Assembly (NCBI GenBank): GCA_036012755.1
Contig: DASCPX010000031.1
Location: forward strand, 1 to 64,000
DNA length: 64,000 nt
Reading direction: 5' to 3'
Origin: Myxococcota bacterium
Lineage (GTDB): Bacteria; Myxococcota_A; UBA796; CAJQPC01
The notes under the pieces were generated by a model. The model worked only from the letters and a program-made list of their open reading frames with translations, did not search any database and was not told the origin of the DNA. Positions within the stretch are counted from its first letter, which is position 1, and the number at the start of each line of letters is the position of its first letter. This document shows positions 8,605 to 18,991 of the stretch, piece by piece. The position numbers and the translations under genes were made by a program.

Positions 8605-10179
8605 ATGTGGTACCTCCTGGCCTGCCCCTCCCCCGCACCGACTCACGACTCCACCGTCACCGACAGCGAGCCCGACGTCGGCGACGACAGCCAACAGGAG
8701 AGCTCCGCGGACCCCTGTGACGTGCCCGAGATCTGCAACGGCGTCGATGACGACTGCGACGGAGCGATCGACGAGGGTGTCATGGAGACCTTCTACGAGG
8801 ATCTCGACGGCGACGGATTCGGGGGCGAGCAGGAGCCGATCGAGGCCTGCGAGCGCCCCGCCGGCTACGTCGACAACTCGGGTGACTGTGACGACGGAGA
8901 GGCAGAGATCAACCCCGACGCCGAGGAGATCTGCAACGACGGCATCGACAACGACTGCGACGAGGCCGCCGAAGGATGCGACTGGGGCGACACCATCACC
9001 AGCGCCGACGCCGGGCTCCTCATCGAGGGAGAGGCTGGGAGCGGCTTCGGCGCAGCGCTGCACCTCTCTGCCGGAGCCCTGGCGATCGGGGCGCCGACCC
9101 AGGACAGCAAGGGGGCCATCTTCGTCTTCGCAAACGACTCCACCGGCGAGCTCAGCTCGGACGACGCCTACTTCCGCCTCAACGGCAGCTCCGCGGGCCA
9201 GGGGCTCGGCAACGCCCTCGCCGGGCTCGGCGACCTCGACGGCGACGGAAGCCCGAGCGTCGCTGTCGGCGCCTCGACTGCCAACGGATCCGCCGGCGAG
9301 GTCTACCTCGTCGAGCTCAGCGGCACCGGCGTGGTCGACACCGACTGGGCAGAGGCCAGGCTCACCGCCAGCGACGGCCAGGGCGGAGCAGGCACGGCGC
9401 TGGCTGGCGGGGACCACGACGGAGACGGAGAGGTGGACGTGGCGGTGGGGGTGCCGCGCTACGGGACCGGCTCCTCTCGCAAGGGCGCCGTCTACCTCAT
9501 GAACGGTCCGATCACCTCGTCGGGCCTGGCGGGCGCCGGGTTCCGACTGACCGGACCGGAGGGCGCGAGAGCTGGTCAGGCGCTGGCGATGGGCGACCTC
9601 AGTGGAGACGGGATCTCGGATCTCACCGTGGGGGCGTACTGGGACTCCACCTACTCCGAGAAGGCTGGAGCGGTCTACGTCGTCGAGGGTCCCCTGAGCG
9701 CGAACACGTCCCTCGATGACGCCGCCGGGCAGCTCATCGGGCCCCACAACGCGGCCTTCGCCGGGTCGTCACTCGCCGATCTCGGCGACATCAACAACGA
9801 CGGCTACGACGATCTGGCGGTGGGAGTGCCCGGCATGGACCGGGACGCGGACGTCGATGTCGGAGCGGTCATGCTGGTCTACGGCCCGGTGACCGCCGAG
9901 GGCATGCTGGAGGACTTCTCCCGAGTAGAGGGCGCCAACGCCTACGACCAGGCTGGCGACATCCTCGGAGACGCCGACGGCGCGCTCTTGATCGGTGGTG
10001 CCAACGGGTGGGTGCAGCTCGGCCCATGGAGCGGGACGATCACCGTCGAGGGCACCCCGCACCGCATCGACGCGGCTCCAACCGCGATGACCGGGGGGGC
10101 CGTGAGCGCCGACTCCGAACGGGATCTCGTGATCGGCGAGACAGATCGGGTCTGGGTCGTCTTCGGCGAGGGTATCTGA
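8605..10179 (+). CDS. Lipoprotein with Cys/Asp putative metal-binding (MopE-like) repeats and FG-GAP/integrin-alpha repeats
   Basis: MWYLLAC; EICNGVDDDCDG, DCDD..INPDAEEICNDGIDNDCD; GDLDGDG..VAVGA repeats. Confidence 0.85.
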   Translation: MWYLLACPSPAPTHDSTVTDSEPDVGDDSQQESSADPCDVPEICNGVDDDCDGAIDEGVMETFYEDLDGDGFGGEQEPIEACERPAGYVDNSGDCDDGEAEINPDAEEICNDGIDNDCDEAAEGCDWGDTITSADAGLLIEGEAGSGFGAALHLSAGALAIGAPTQDSKGAIFVFANDSTGELSSDDAYFRLNGSSAGQGLGNALAGLGDLDGDGSPSVAVGASTANGSAGEVYLVELSGTGVVDTDWAEARLTASDGQGGAGTALAGGDHDGDGEVDVAVGVPRYGTGSSRKGAVYLMNGPITSSGLAGAGFRLTGPEGARAGQALAMGDLSGDGISDLTVGAYWDSTYSEKAGAVYVVEGPLSANTSLDDAAGQLIGPHNAAFAGSSLADLGDINNDGYDDLAVGVPGMDRDADVDVGAVMLVYGPVTAEGMLEDFSRVEGANAYDQAGDILGDADGALLIGGANGWVQLGPWSGTITVEGTPHRIDAAPTAMTGGAVSADSERDLVIGETDRVWVVFGEGI

Positions 10180-10183
10180 CAGC

Positions 10184-10525
10184 TCAGGAGTCGCGCTCGA
10201 GCTTGGCCTTGAGCTCTGCCAGCTCCTTCTTCGCTCGCTCCTCGCGGCTCATGCGCTCCTCGTGGACCTTGCGGAAGTTCTCTGCTCGCAGCTCCTCCCG
10301 AGCGCGGGCCTTGGCCTCCAGCTCACGCTCCATCTCGTTGACCTCGTCCAGATCGCCGACAAAGTGCTTCTCCATGTCGTCGGCGAGCCCATCGAGGGCG
10401 ACCTCGGCGGCCTTGGCGGCGGCGGCGGCGCTGGCCTCTGCTGCCTTCTCGGCGGCGACGCCTGCCGCCTTCTGACCCGCCTCCGTCTTGCTGATTTTCG
10501 CGAGGAGGTCGTCGAGGATTCCCAT
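10184..10525 (-). CDS. Hypothetical Ala/Glu/Lys-rich coiled-coil protein
   Basis: 113-aa ORF with plausible composition; TACGAT 6 nt upstream of ATG. Confidence 0.65.
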   Translation of the reverse strand: MGILDDLLAKISKTEAGQKAAGVAAEKAAEASAAAAAKAAEVALDGLADDMEKHFVGDLDEVNEMERELEAKARAREELRAENFRKVHEERMSREERAKKELAELKAKLERDS

Positions 10526-10605
10526 CTGGCGATCGTAATCGCCACATCGCCCCTCGTCTGCCGGCGGCGGTGATCCGAGGAGAAGAGCAGCTAGCGGAGG
10601 AGTCG

Positions 10606-10947
10606 ATGAGGCGCACCCAGGCCTGGATGAACACGAACATCTGGGGTGAGGTGGAGCGCTGGTACCGGCTGCCCGGCCCCATCGACGCAGAGCTCATCGA
10701 GGACCTGGGCGGCTCCGTCCGGCGGCTCCAGGGACCCTGGGCCTCGGTCCTCCGCTCCGAGACGGTCGTGCACGGCTCCCGGGTCTGGCTCAGCGCCCAC
10801 GAAGGGGGCACGCTGCTGTGCGCCAGCAGCGACGGCAGCCCCGTGATCTTCGCCGAGGTGGACGCTGCGATAGTGTGGCGCTTCGGCCCCCTGGAGGAGC
10901 TGGACGCCATGCCCGAGTACCCGGCAGAGCTCGCCTGGGGGGCGTAG
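10606..10947 (+). CDS. Hypothetical protein
   Basis: GGAGG RBS before ATG 10606; fills gap between genes; no family recognised. Confidence 0.55.
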   Translation: MRRTQAWMNTNIWGEVERWYRLPGPIDAELIEDLGGSVRRLQGPWASVLRSETVVHGSRVWLSAHEGGTLLCASSDGSPVIFAEVDAAIVWRFGPLEELDAMPEYPAELAWGA

Positions 10948-11045
10948 AGGCGGGAAATGAGGGGTTGACGTGACCCCCCGGATCGGAGATTGAGAAGCCC
11001 CCCCGAGATCGCCGTGCCTCACTACACCGTTCCCTCCGAGCTCCC

Positions 11046-12047
11046 GTGACCCTCGAGGTCCTCGGCTGGACTCCAGAGCGGGCCGCCGAGTTCGGGGAGC
11101 GGTGTCCAGGGCTGTCGCCGGCGCGGGTGACCTCTGAGCACCGGGGGACCTGGCGAGTCCACACGGGCTCCGAAGAGCTGGTCGTTCGCCTCCCCGGACG
11201 AGGCTGGCGAGGTGAGCGCATCGAGCGTCCCGCCGTCGGCGACTGGGTGGGGGTTCGCCGGGGCAAGAAGCTCATCGAGGCCCTCCTGTCCCGAAGGTCG
11301 GTGTTCCTCCGCAAGGCCGCGGGGGTGTCCGAACACGAACAGGTCGTCGCGGCGAACGTGGACGCGGTGTTCGTGATGATGGGGCTGGACGACGACTTCA
11401 ACGTGCGTCGGCTCGAGCGCTACCTCGCCGCCACCTGGGCGAGCGGAGCACAGCCGGTCGTCGTCCTCAACAAGACCGACCTCTGCGAGGTCGTGGCGTC
11501 ACGGGTCGCCGAGACCCGCGTCGTCGCTGTTGGCTGCCCGGTCGTGGCCATCTCGGCGCGGGAGCCAGAGGCCCTCGATGTCATCGCGCCCCATGCCCAC
11601 GGGACGATCTGCCTCGTCGGTTCCAGTGGGGTCGGAAAGTCGACGCTGACGAACCTGATGCTCGGAGACGAAGTCCAGGAGGTCAAGGAGGTGCGCGAGC
11701 GCGACAACAAGGGACGTCACACGACGACCCGCCGGGAGCTGTTCGTGATGCCGGGGGGCGCGCTGTTGATCGACACCCCAGGCATGCGCGAGCTGTCACT
11801 CTGGCGCGCGGGGGCCGGGGTGGATCACGCCTTCGCAGACGTCATCGCCCACGCGGACTGCAAGTTCCGGGACTGCGAGCACCGGGAAACAGAGAGTGGC
11901 TGCGGAGTCTGGGCGGCTGTCGAGGCCGGCGAGGTCTCGGTCCAGCGGGCGCGCTCCTATCGCAAGCTCCGTGACGAGCTCGATGAGCAGGCGAAGCGAA
12001 GAGAGGTCGCGGAGAGGAAAGCGGGCCGAGGAAGGAAGAGGCGCTGA
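11046..12047 (+). CDS. rsgA: Ribosome small subunit-dependent GTPase A
   Basis: PAVGDWV, VAANVD, NKTD, GSSGVGKS, GRHTTT, DTPG, C-terminal CKFRDCEH..GC zinc site. Confidence 0.95.
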   Translation: MTLEVLGWTPERAAEFGERCPGLSPARVTSEHRGTWRVHTGSEELVVRLPGRGWRGERIERPAVGDWVGVRRGKKLIEALLSRRSVFLRKAAGVSEHEQVVAANVDAVFVMMGLDDDFNVRRLERYLAATWASGAQPVVVLNKTDLCEVVASRVAETRVVAVGCPVVAISAREPEALDVIAPHAHGTICLVGSSGVGKSTLTNLMLGDEVQEVKEVRERDNKGRHTTTRRELFVMPGGALLIDTPGMRELSLWRAGAGVDHAFADVIAHADCKFRDCEHRETESGCGVWAAVEAGEVSVQRARSYRKLRDELDEQAKRREVAERKAGRGRKRR

Positions 12048-12101
12048 CCTGCTCGGACAGTTTCTGTCCGGAGCGCTGGTTAGCTTGCTCTTCGAGGCAA
12101 C

Positions 12102-15100
12102 GTGTTCGTCTACAAGTCCAACCGAGTGGAGAGGCTGCTTCCTCCACTCACCGAGCTGTTGGGTCGTCCGGGCGGAGATCCCTTTGCTCCGGAGACCGTG
12201 GTCGTCCACTCCAAAGGCATGGAGCGCTGGCTGGCCATGCAGATCGGCCAGGCCCTGGGCATCTGCGCGAACGTGAGCTTCCCCTTCCCCGGCCGCATCG
12301 TCCAGCAGGCCTTCGAGGCCGCGCTCGGGGACCGGGCTGCGCGTCTCGACCACTGGCGGCCGGACTCCCTGGTCTGGACGATCCTCGGCGTCCTGCCAGA
12401 GCTTCTCCAGCGCCCTGGTTTCGAGCCTCTCGACCAGTACCTCTCAGACGATCGTCGCGGAGTGAAGCGCTTCCAGCTCGCTCAGCGCATCGCTCGCTGC
12501 TTCGATCGCTACGCCACCTACCGACCGGAGGTGGTGCTGGAGTGGGAGCGGGGCCGCGAGCAGACCTGGCAGCCCCAGCTCTGGCGGGCCCTGGCCGAGC
12601 GCATCGAGGGGGGCCACATCGCTCGTCTCTGGCGCCCCTTCCAAGACGCGATGGTGCGCCGGGACACACCCCTGGCAGACTTCCCCGACCGCCTCTTCCT
12701 CTTCGGCGTCTCCACCCTGCCGCCGCTCTACGTGGACGTCCTGTCCCGTCTCGCCCGGCAGATCGAGGTCCACCTCTTCCAGCTCGCGCCGAGCCAGGAG
12801 TGGTGGGCTCATGTGCGGAGCCAGCGCCAGATCGACCGCTACGAAACCGGACTGTTCGGCTCGGCCACGCCGGGGGACCTCCACCTGGAGGTGGGACACC
12901 CCCTCCTGGGGTCGCTGGGCCGGCTTGGCCGAGAGTTCCAGCTGGTGCTCGAAGAGGCCGACTACCAGGAGCCGAACGAGGCGCTCTTCCAGGAGCCGGC
13001 CGACGACGATCTCCTCGGTGGACTGCAGCGGGACATCCTGCACTTGCAAGCCCCGGAGCGACCCGCCGACCCCCAGGATCGCTCGATCACCGTCCACTCC
13101 TGCCACGGCGAGCTGCGCCAGGTGCAGGTGCTCCAGGACCAGCTGCTCCAGCTCTTCAAGGAGATGCCCGGACTGCAGCCACGGGACATCGCCGTGATGA
13201 TGCCGGACGTCGAGCAGTGGGCCCCGCTGGTCAAGGCCGTCTTCGACCGGGAGCCCAGGGACCCACGCTACGTCCCCTTCCGCGTCTCGGACCGCAGCCT
13301 TCGTCGCGACAACCCCGTCGCAGAGGCGCTGATGGCGATCGTCTCGCTGGTCGACGCCCGGGTGAGCGCCAGCGAGGTCCTGGATCTGCTCGGCCACGCA
13401 CCCATCCGGGATCGCTTCGACATCTCGGCAGAGGATCTCGAGCCGATCACCAGCTGGGTGCGCCAGAGCGGAATCCGCTGGGGAATCGACGAGGCACACC
13501 GGGCGACCTTCGACGTGCCCGCCGTCCGCCAGAACACCTGGCGCTTCGGTCTCGACCGCCTGGTCCTCGGCACAGCCATGAGAGGGCACGACGAGCAGCT
13601 CTTCGGAGGCGTGCTCCCCTACGATGAGATCGAAGGCACCGAGACACGGCTCCTGGGTCGCTTCGTCGAGTTCTGCGAGCGGCTCTTCGGCGCCCTGGAG
13701 CGCATGCGGGACCCGTGCTCGCTCTCCGACTGGAGCGAACTCGCGACCACCGTCCTCGCCGATCTCATCGAGGCCGAGGGCGACTATTCCTGGCAGCACC
13801 AGCAGGTCCGAACGGTGCTGGCAGACGCCCGAGACAGGGCCGCTGCCATCGGCTTCGACGATCCCCTGGACGTCGACGTGATCCTCGCCTTCCTCGGGTC
13901 CGTCTTCGCGGAGAGCATGCCGGCGAGCGGCTACCTCTCGGGCCAGGTCACCTTCTGCGCGATGGTGCCGATGCGCTCGATCCCCTTCCGCGTCGTGTGC
14001 ATGCTCGGGATGGACGAGCGAGCCTATCCGCGGCGGGGACGCCACCTGGACTTCGACCTGGTGGACGGCAGCCGCCCCGGGGACCGCACCCCGCGCGAGG
14101 ACGACCGGACGCTCTTCCTGGAAGCCCTGCTCTCAGCGCGGGACCGCCTGGTCATCACCTACAAGGGCCAGGACATCCGCGACAACAAGGCCGCCCCTCC
14201 GAGCGTGATGGTCAGCGAGCTGATCGACGCCCTGGAAGAAGCTCGAGGACCCCTCCGCGACCAGATCGTCGTCGCACACCCACTCCAGCCCTTCAGCCCA
14301 GCGAACTTCGGCGCTGCGCAGGACGACCGCCTCTTCTCCTTCGATCACGACTACCTGGAGGGCGCCGAGCGCCTCAGCGGCGGTCGCGACGACCTGCCTC
14401 CGTTCTTCGCCGAGGGCTTGCCGGCGGCGGCTGCGCTGAGCGAGCTCGCCTTGGAGGATCTGATCAGCTTCTTCGAGCGAGGCCCGCTGGTGTCGCTGAT
14501 GAACCGGCGGCTCCGCGTTCGCTTCGGGACAGAGGAGGATCCGATCGCCGACCGCGAGCCGGTCGAGCTCAACGGGTTGGAGCTGTGGGCGATCGGCGCC
14601 CCGCTGTTGGACAAGGCCGTGCGCTGTCCCGATCGAGCAGTCGAGGACTACACCGCCGCGGTCCGAGCGAAGGGCACCCTCCCCCACGGCGTCCCCGGCG
14701 ACTGCCTCTTCGAGACCAAGGTGAGCCCGGTCGTAGAGCCCCTCGCCGAGCAGGTTCGGAGCATGCTGGGCACCTCGCCCCGGCCGGTCGTGCGGGTCGA
14801 CCTCGATCTCGACGGCGTCCGTCTCACAGGCTCGGTGGATGGCTGGACCGAAGCTGGGCGGCTGCTCTACCACTACTCCAAGCTCAAGGCGAAGCACCAC
14901 CTGCGAGCCTGGATCGAGCACCTCGCATCCTGCGCAGCCAGCGGCTTCCGGGTCGGAACGCGCTTGCTGGGCAGGCGCTCCGGCGGGGGTGTCGCCCGCT
15001 ACGACTTCGAAGCCCTGCGCCCGGACTGGGCCAGGGACCGGCTGGCCGACCTGGTGAAGCTCTACATCAGGGGCCAGGAACAGCCCCTCCCCCTGTTCCC

Positions 15101-15350
15101 GGAGAGCGCTCTGGCCTGGGCAGAGGTCCAGCACAAAGGAGGCTGGGGGGAGTGGAGCTACGCCGCGAAGAAGGCTGGGAGCATGAAGTGGCGGACCCGA
15201 TGGGGGGGCGAGGGCGATGACCCCCACGTGCTTCGCGCGATCGGGCGGGTCGACTTCGAGCCGGACCTCCGCATCGGATCGGGCCCCGACCTGGCTCGAC
15301 TCGCCCAGCACGTCTACCAGCCCATGCTGGCCAGCCGGTGCGAGCGATGA
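12102..15350 (+). CDS. recC: Exodeoxyribonuclease V gamma subunit
   Basis: SNRVERL, ETVVVHSKGMERWL, VHSCHGELRQVQVL, MVPMRSIPFRVVCMLGM, FLEALLSAR, HPLQPFS. Confidence 0.95.
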   Translation: MFVYKSNRVERLLPPLTELLGRPGGDPFAPETVVVHSKGMERWLAMQIGQALGICANVSFPFPGRIVQQAFEAALGDRAARLDHWRPDSLVWTILGVLPELLQRPGFEPLDQYLSDDRRGVKRFQLAQRIARCFDRYATYRPEVVLEWERGREQTWQPQLWRALAERIEGGHIARLWRPFQDAMVRRDTPLADFPDRLFLFGVSTLPPLYVDVLSRLARQIEVHLFQLAPSQEWWAHVRSQRQIDRYETGLFGSATPGDLHLEVGHPLLGSLGRLGREFQLVLEEADYQEPNEALFQEPADDDLLGGLQRDILHLQAPERPADPQDRSITVHSCHGELRQVQVLQDQLLQLFKEMPGLQPRDIAVMMPDVEQWAPLVKAVFDREPRDPRYVPFRVSDRSLRRDNPVAEALMAIVSLVDARVSASEVLDLLGHAPIRDRFDISAEDLEPITSWVRQSGIRWGIDEAHRATFDVPAVRQNTWRFGLDRLVLGTAMRGHDEQLFGGVLPYDEIEGTETRLLGRFVEFCERLFGALERMRDPCSLSDWSELATTVLADLIEAEGDYSWQHQQVRTVLADARDRAAAIGFDDPLDVDVILAFLGSVFAESMPASGYLSGQVTFCAMVPMRSIPFRVVCMLGMDERAYPRRGRHLDFDLVDGSRPGDRTPREDDRTLFLEALLSARDRLVITYKGQDIRDNKAAPPSVMVSELIDALEEARGPLRDQIVVAHPLQPFSPANFGAAQDDRLFSFDHDYLEGAERLSGGRDDLPPFFAEGLPAAAALSELALEDLISFFERGPLVSLMNRRLRVRFGTEEDPIADREPVELNGLELWAIGAPLLDKAVRCPDRAVEDYTAAVRAKGTLPHGVPGDCLFETKVSPVVEPLAEQVRSMLGTSPRPVVRVDLDLDGVRLTGSVDGWTEAGRLLYHYSKLKAKHHLRAWIEHLASCAASGFRVGTRLLGRRSGGGVARYDFEALRPDWARDRLADLVKLYIRGQEQPLPLFPESALAWAEVQHKGGWGEWSYAAKKAGSMKWRTRWGGEGDDPHVLRAIGRVDFEPDLRIGSGPDLARLAQHVYQPMLASRCER

Positions 15351-18300
15351 AGACCTTCGACCCGCGCCAGCTCCTCCCCAAGGGGACCACGCTCATCGAG
15401 GCGAGCGCCGGCACCGGCAAGACCTGGACCATCACGGGCCTCGTGCTGCGGCTCATGCTGGAGGAGGGTCTCGAGATCCAGGACATCCTCATCGTCACCT
15501 TCACCGAGGCGGCCACCAGCGAGCTCCAGGACCGGGTGCGCAAGCGCCTCCGAGAGGCCTTGCAGCGCCTGGGCAGCGACGAGCCGACGGACGACGTCAT
15601 CCTGGAGCACCTGGCCGAGGTCACGGCCCACGACCGCCCCACGGCGACGCGACGACTTCGCGCTGCGCTCAACGACTTCGACCGGGCCTCGATCTCGACG
15701 ATCCACGGCTTCTGCAAGCGCATGCTCGAGGAGAACGCCTTCGAGTCCGGAGCCCTCTTCGACACGGAGCTGGTCGGCGACCAGACGGACCTGCTCGAAG
15801 AGCTGGTCCTCGACTTCTGGACATCCCGCATGGGGAACGCCCACCCGGCCCTGGTCCGGCACGCCCAGACCACCAGCTTCACCCCGCGCCGCCTGCTCGC
15901 CCTCGCGGAGCGCGTCGCGGCGGAGCCGGAGCTCGCTGTCCTGCCAGATCGCCAGGACCTGCCCGCCCCCACGGACGACGCCCTCGTCCAGGCCTTCCTC
16001 GCGCTGCGGCTCGCCTGGTCCGAAGGGCGCGACGACCTCGAGCGCACGCTCTCTCGCCAGCGGGGAAGCTGGGAGTTCAGGGCGGACCGGCTCCAGACGA
16101 AGCTCGGCGGCGTGGACGAGTGGCTCACCCCCAGCCGCCCCGAGAGGTCACCACCCTGGCAGCTGCGAGAGCTGCGCAAGGAGGCGATCGCGGCTCACAT
16201 CGCCCTGCCGGAGCACCCCCTGCTCGACGCCATCGAGCTGTTCTGGGACAGCTGGAACAGCGAGTCGAGCTCCCTGGACCGGCACCTGATCGAGCTGCTC
16301 CTGGAGTTCCGTGAATACCTCCTCGAGGTCCTCCCGGAGCGCAAGGCGGCGAGCGGGACCTGGTCCTTCGACGATCTGCTCCTGCAGCTCGACGCGGCGC
16401 TCCGCCCCGAGCGACCTGAGTCCGAGCGACTCGTTGCCGCCATCCGGCGCCGCTACGAGGCCGCCCTCATCGACGAGTTCCAGGACACGGATCCAGTCCA
16501 GTACCGGATCTTCAAGCGGGTCTTCGAGGACGCCGGCTGGCTCTTCCTCATCGGTGACCCGAAGCAGGCCATCTATGGCTTCCGAGGGGCAGACATCTTC
16601 GCCTACGGCAGGGCGAAGCAGGACGCCGGTGACCGCTGCTACACGCTGTCGGTGAACCACCGCTCGGATCCAGCGCTCATCGAGGGCCTCAACGCGCTCT
16701 TCGGGGGGCTCACACGGGCCTTCGCCCAGTCCTTCATCGACTATCCCCAGGTCTCGCCGAAGCCCGGCGCCACCGAGCGCCTCCGCGACGGACTGCCTGC
16801 CGTGATCATCCGCGGCTGTGACGACTACGCGCTCCGGGGTTCCAAGCAGAAGGGCAAGCGACTCTATGGCGGGTCGATCGAGCACAGCCTCCCCCGCTTC
16901 GTCGCGGCCGACATCGCGCGCCTGCTCCACAGCGGCGCGCTGCTGGCCGGAGACGATGACAAGACGAAGCCCCGACCCATCGCTCCGGGGGACATCGCCG
17001 TGCTCGTGCGCAAGAACGCCGAGGCGGAGCGGGTCCAGGACGCGCTCCGAGTCCGGGGCATTCCCAGCGTGCTCCACGGGGCCTCGTCAGTCCTGTCGTC
17101 GCATGAAGCGGACGAGCTCGAGCGCTTCATGGCCGGGGTCGCAGAACCCGCGCGGACCACGGGCCTTCGCACTGCGCTGGCGACGGACCTGCTCGGACTC
17201 GGCGCCGCCGACATCGCCGCCCTCGACGAAGAGGACTCTGAGGGATGGGATGGCTGGGTAGAGCGCTTCCGCACCTGGCGAGCCCTCTGGGAACGCCAGT
17301 CCTTCGCGCGCATGTTCCGGAGCGTGCTCGAGGACCAGAAGGTCCAGCACAGGCTGCTGGGCACCCCCGACGGGGAACGCCGGATGACGAACCTCCTGCA
17401 CCTGGTGGAGCTCGTGCACACCGCGGCGATCGACCAACAGCTCGGCATCACCGGGCTCTTGCGCTGGCTCCGGGCCCAGCGGATGGACCCGATGGCGAAC
17501 CCGGAGGTGTTGAGCCTTCGACTCGAGAGCGACGCGAAGGCCGTCCAGCTCATCACCATCCACAAGGCCAAGGGCCTCGAGTACCCCGTGGTGTTCGCGC
17601 CCTACCTCTGGACCAGCTGGATGAAGACCGCGCGCGACGAGCCCATCCTGCGCTTCCACCATGTCGGGCTCGAGGATCACCCGCGCATGATCGACCTGGG
17701 GAGCGCGGACAAGGCCCAGCACCTGCGCTGGTTCAACGACGAGGTGAAGGCAGAGAACCTCCGGCTCCAGTACGTCGCCCTCACCCGGGCGAAGCACCGA
17801 GCCTACGTCTACCTCGTCCCCGGCTACCGGAACTTCGACGACAGCCCGCTCTCCTACCTGCTCCACCAGCCGGAGCCGGTGATCCCCGAGGAAGCCCTGG
17901 CGGAGACGCGCCGGCGGGTCGCGGAGCTCGGCATCGCCGCGGTGCTCGACGTGGCGGAGGCCCGGGTGGACCGCCTCCCGGACAGCGTGGCCTTCCAGCG
18001 GGTGAGCCGACGCGACGCAGCGGGCGTGCCGCCCTGGGGTCCCGGAGACGGCGCAGCGGTCGTGCTCGCGGCCAGGAGGTGCGCTCGCCAGCTGGACGGA
18101 ACCTGGCGAACGTCCAGCTTCAGCGGCCTCAAGGGGGACCGCCCCGCGACCGCGCTCGGGCCGACCGCAGAGGGGCGGGATCACGACACGGCGGTCCCCG
18201 CGACCCAGGTCTCACGTGCGGGAGAGCCCATCGCGCTTCCAGACTTCCCGCGCGGCGCCAAGGCCGGGAACTTCTTCCACGATGTGCTCGAACACCTCGA

Positions 18301-18991
18301 CTTCACCCTCGATGTCGACCGTGAGCTCGTCACTCGCACGCTGGAGGTCCACGGCTACGACGGAGAGACCTGGCGCGAGCCGGTCTCGGATTTCCTGGAC
18401 GGGGTGCTGGAGACGCCCTTTCACGACGACGGACTGCGACTGCGCGACCTCTCCCAGGACCAGCGCTTGAACGAGCTGCAGTTCGTCCTGCCGGTGCGCC
18501 ACGGACTCAGGGCCTGTGATCCCGCCGACCGCATCGATCCGCGGCAACTCGCCCAGGTCTTCCGGGAGCACGCCTCCGCTCACCTCCCGTCCGACTACGC
18601 GGACCGACTCGCCGAGCTCGACTTCGAGCCCCTCCACGGCTTCCTGAAGGGCTTCGTCGATCTCATCTTCCACCACGACGACCGCTGGTGGGTCGTGGAC
18701 TACAAGTCCAACCACGTGGGCGACACGCTCGGGGCTTACGGCGAGGCCGCGCTGGCCGAGCCCATGAGCCACGGCCACTACATCCTGCAGTACCACCTCT
18801 ACACGCTGGCGCTGCACCGCTACCTCCAGACGCGGCTGTCGGACTACGACTACGAACAAGACATGGGCGGCGCGACCTACCTCTTCATCAAGGGCATGGA
18901 CCCTGGTCTCGGCGCGTCGCACGGCGCCTTCCGAGACCGTCCGAGCCTCGCCATGGTCGAGGCCCTCGACGACGTCTTGAGGCGCCCATGA
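15347..18991 (+). CDS. recB: Exodeoxyribonuclease V beta subunit
   Basis: IEASAGTGKT, TFTEAAT, DEFQD, GDPKQAIYGFRGAD, TIHKAKGLE, YVALTRA, nuclease GFVDL..VDYKSN; ATGA overlap. Confidence 0.95.
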   Translation: MKTFDPRQLLPKGTTLIEASAGTGKTWTITGLVLRLMLEEGLEIQDILIVTFTEAATSELQDRVRKRLREALQRLGSDEPTDDVILEHLAEVTAHDRPTATRRLRAALNDFDRASISTIHGFCKRMLEENAFESGALFDTELVGDQTDLLEELVLDFWTSRMGNAHPALVRHAQTTSFTPRRLLALAERVAAEPELAVLPDRQDLPAPTDDALVQAFLALRLAWSEGRDDLERTLSRQRGSWEFRADRLQTKLGGVDEWLTPSRPERSPPWQLRELRKEAIAAHIALPEHPLLDAIELFWDSWNSESSSLDRHLIELLLEFREYLLEVLPERKAASGTWSFDDLLLQLDAALRPERPESERLVAAIRRRYEAALIDEFQDTDPVQYRIFKRVFEDAGWLFLIGDPKQAIYGFRGADIFAYGRAKQDAGDRCYTLSVNHRSDPALIEGLNALFGGLTRAFAQSFIDYPQVSPKPGATERLRDGLPAVIIRGCDDYALRGSKQKGKRLYGGSIEHSLPRFVAADIARLLHSGALLAGDDDKTKPRPIAPGDIAVLVRKNAEAERVQDALRVRGIPSVLHGASSVLSSHEADELERFMAGVAEPARTTGLRTALATDLLGLGAADIAALDEEDSEGWDGWVERFRTWRALWERQSFARMFRSVLEDQKVQHRLLGTPDGERRMTNLLHLVELVHTAAIDQQLGITGLLRWLRAQRMDPMANPEVLSLRLESDAKAVQLITIHKAKGLEYPVVFAPYLWTSWMKTARDEPILRFHHVGLEDHPRMIDLGSADKAQHLRWFNDEVKAENLRLQYVALTRAKHRAYVYLVPGYRNFDDSPLSYLLHQPEPVIPEEALAETRRRVAELGIAAVLDVAEARVDRLPDSVAFQRVSRRDAAGVPPWGPGDGAAVVLAARRCARQLDGTWRTSSFSGLKGDRPATALGPTAEGRDHDTAVPATQVSRAGEPIALPDFPRGAKAGNFFHDVLEHLDFTLDVDRELVTRTLEVHGYDGETWREPVSDFLDGVLETPFHDDGLRLRDLSQDQRLNELQFVLPVRHGLRACDPADRIDPRQLAQVFREHASAHLPSDYADRLAELDFEPLHGFLKGFVDLIFHHDDRWWVVDYKSNHVGDTLGAYGEAALAEPMSHGHYILQYHLYTLALHRYLQTRLSDYDYEQDMGGATYLFIKGMDPGLGASHGAFRDRPSLAMVEALDDVLRRP

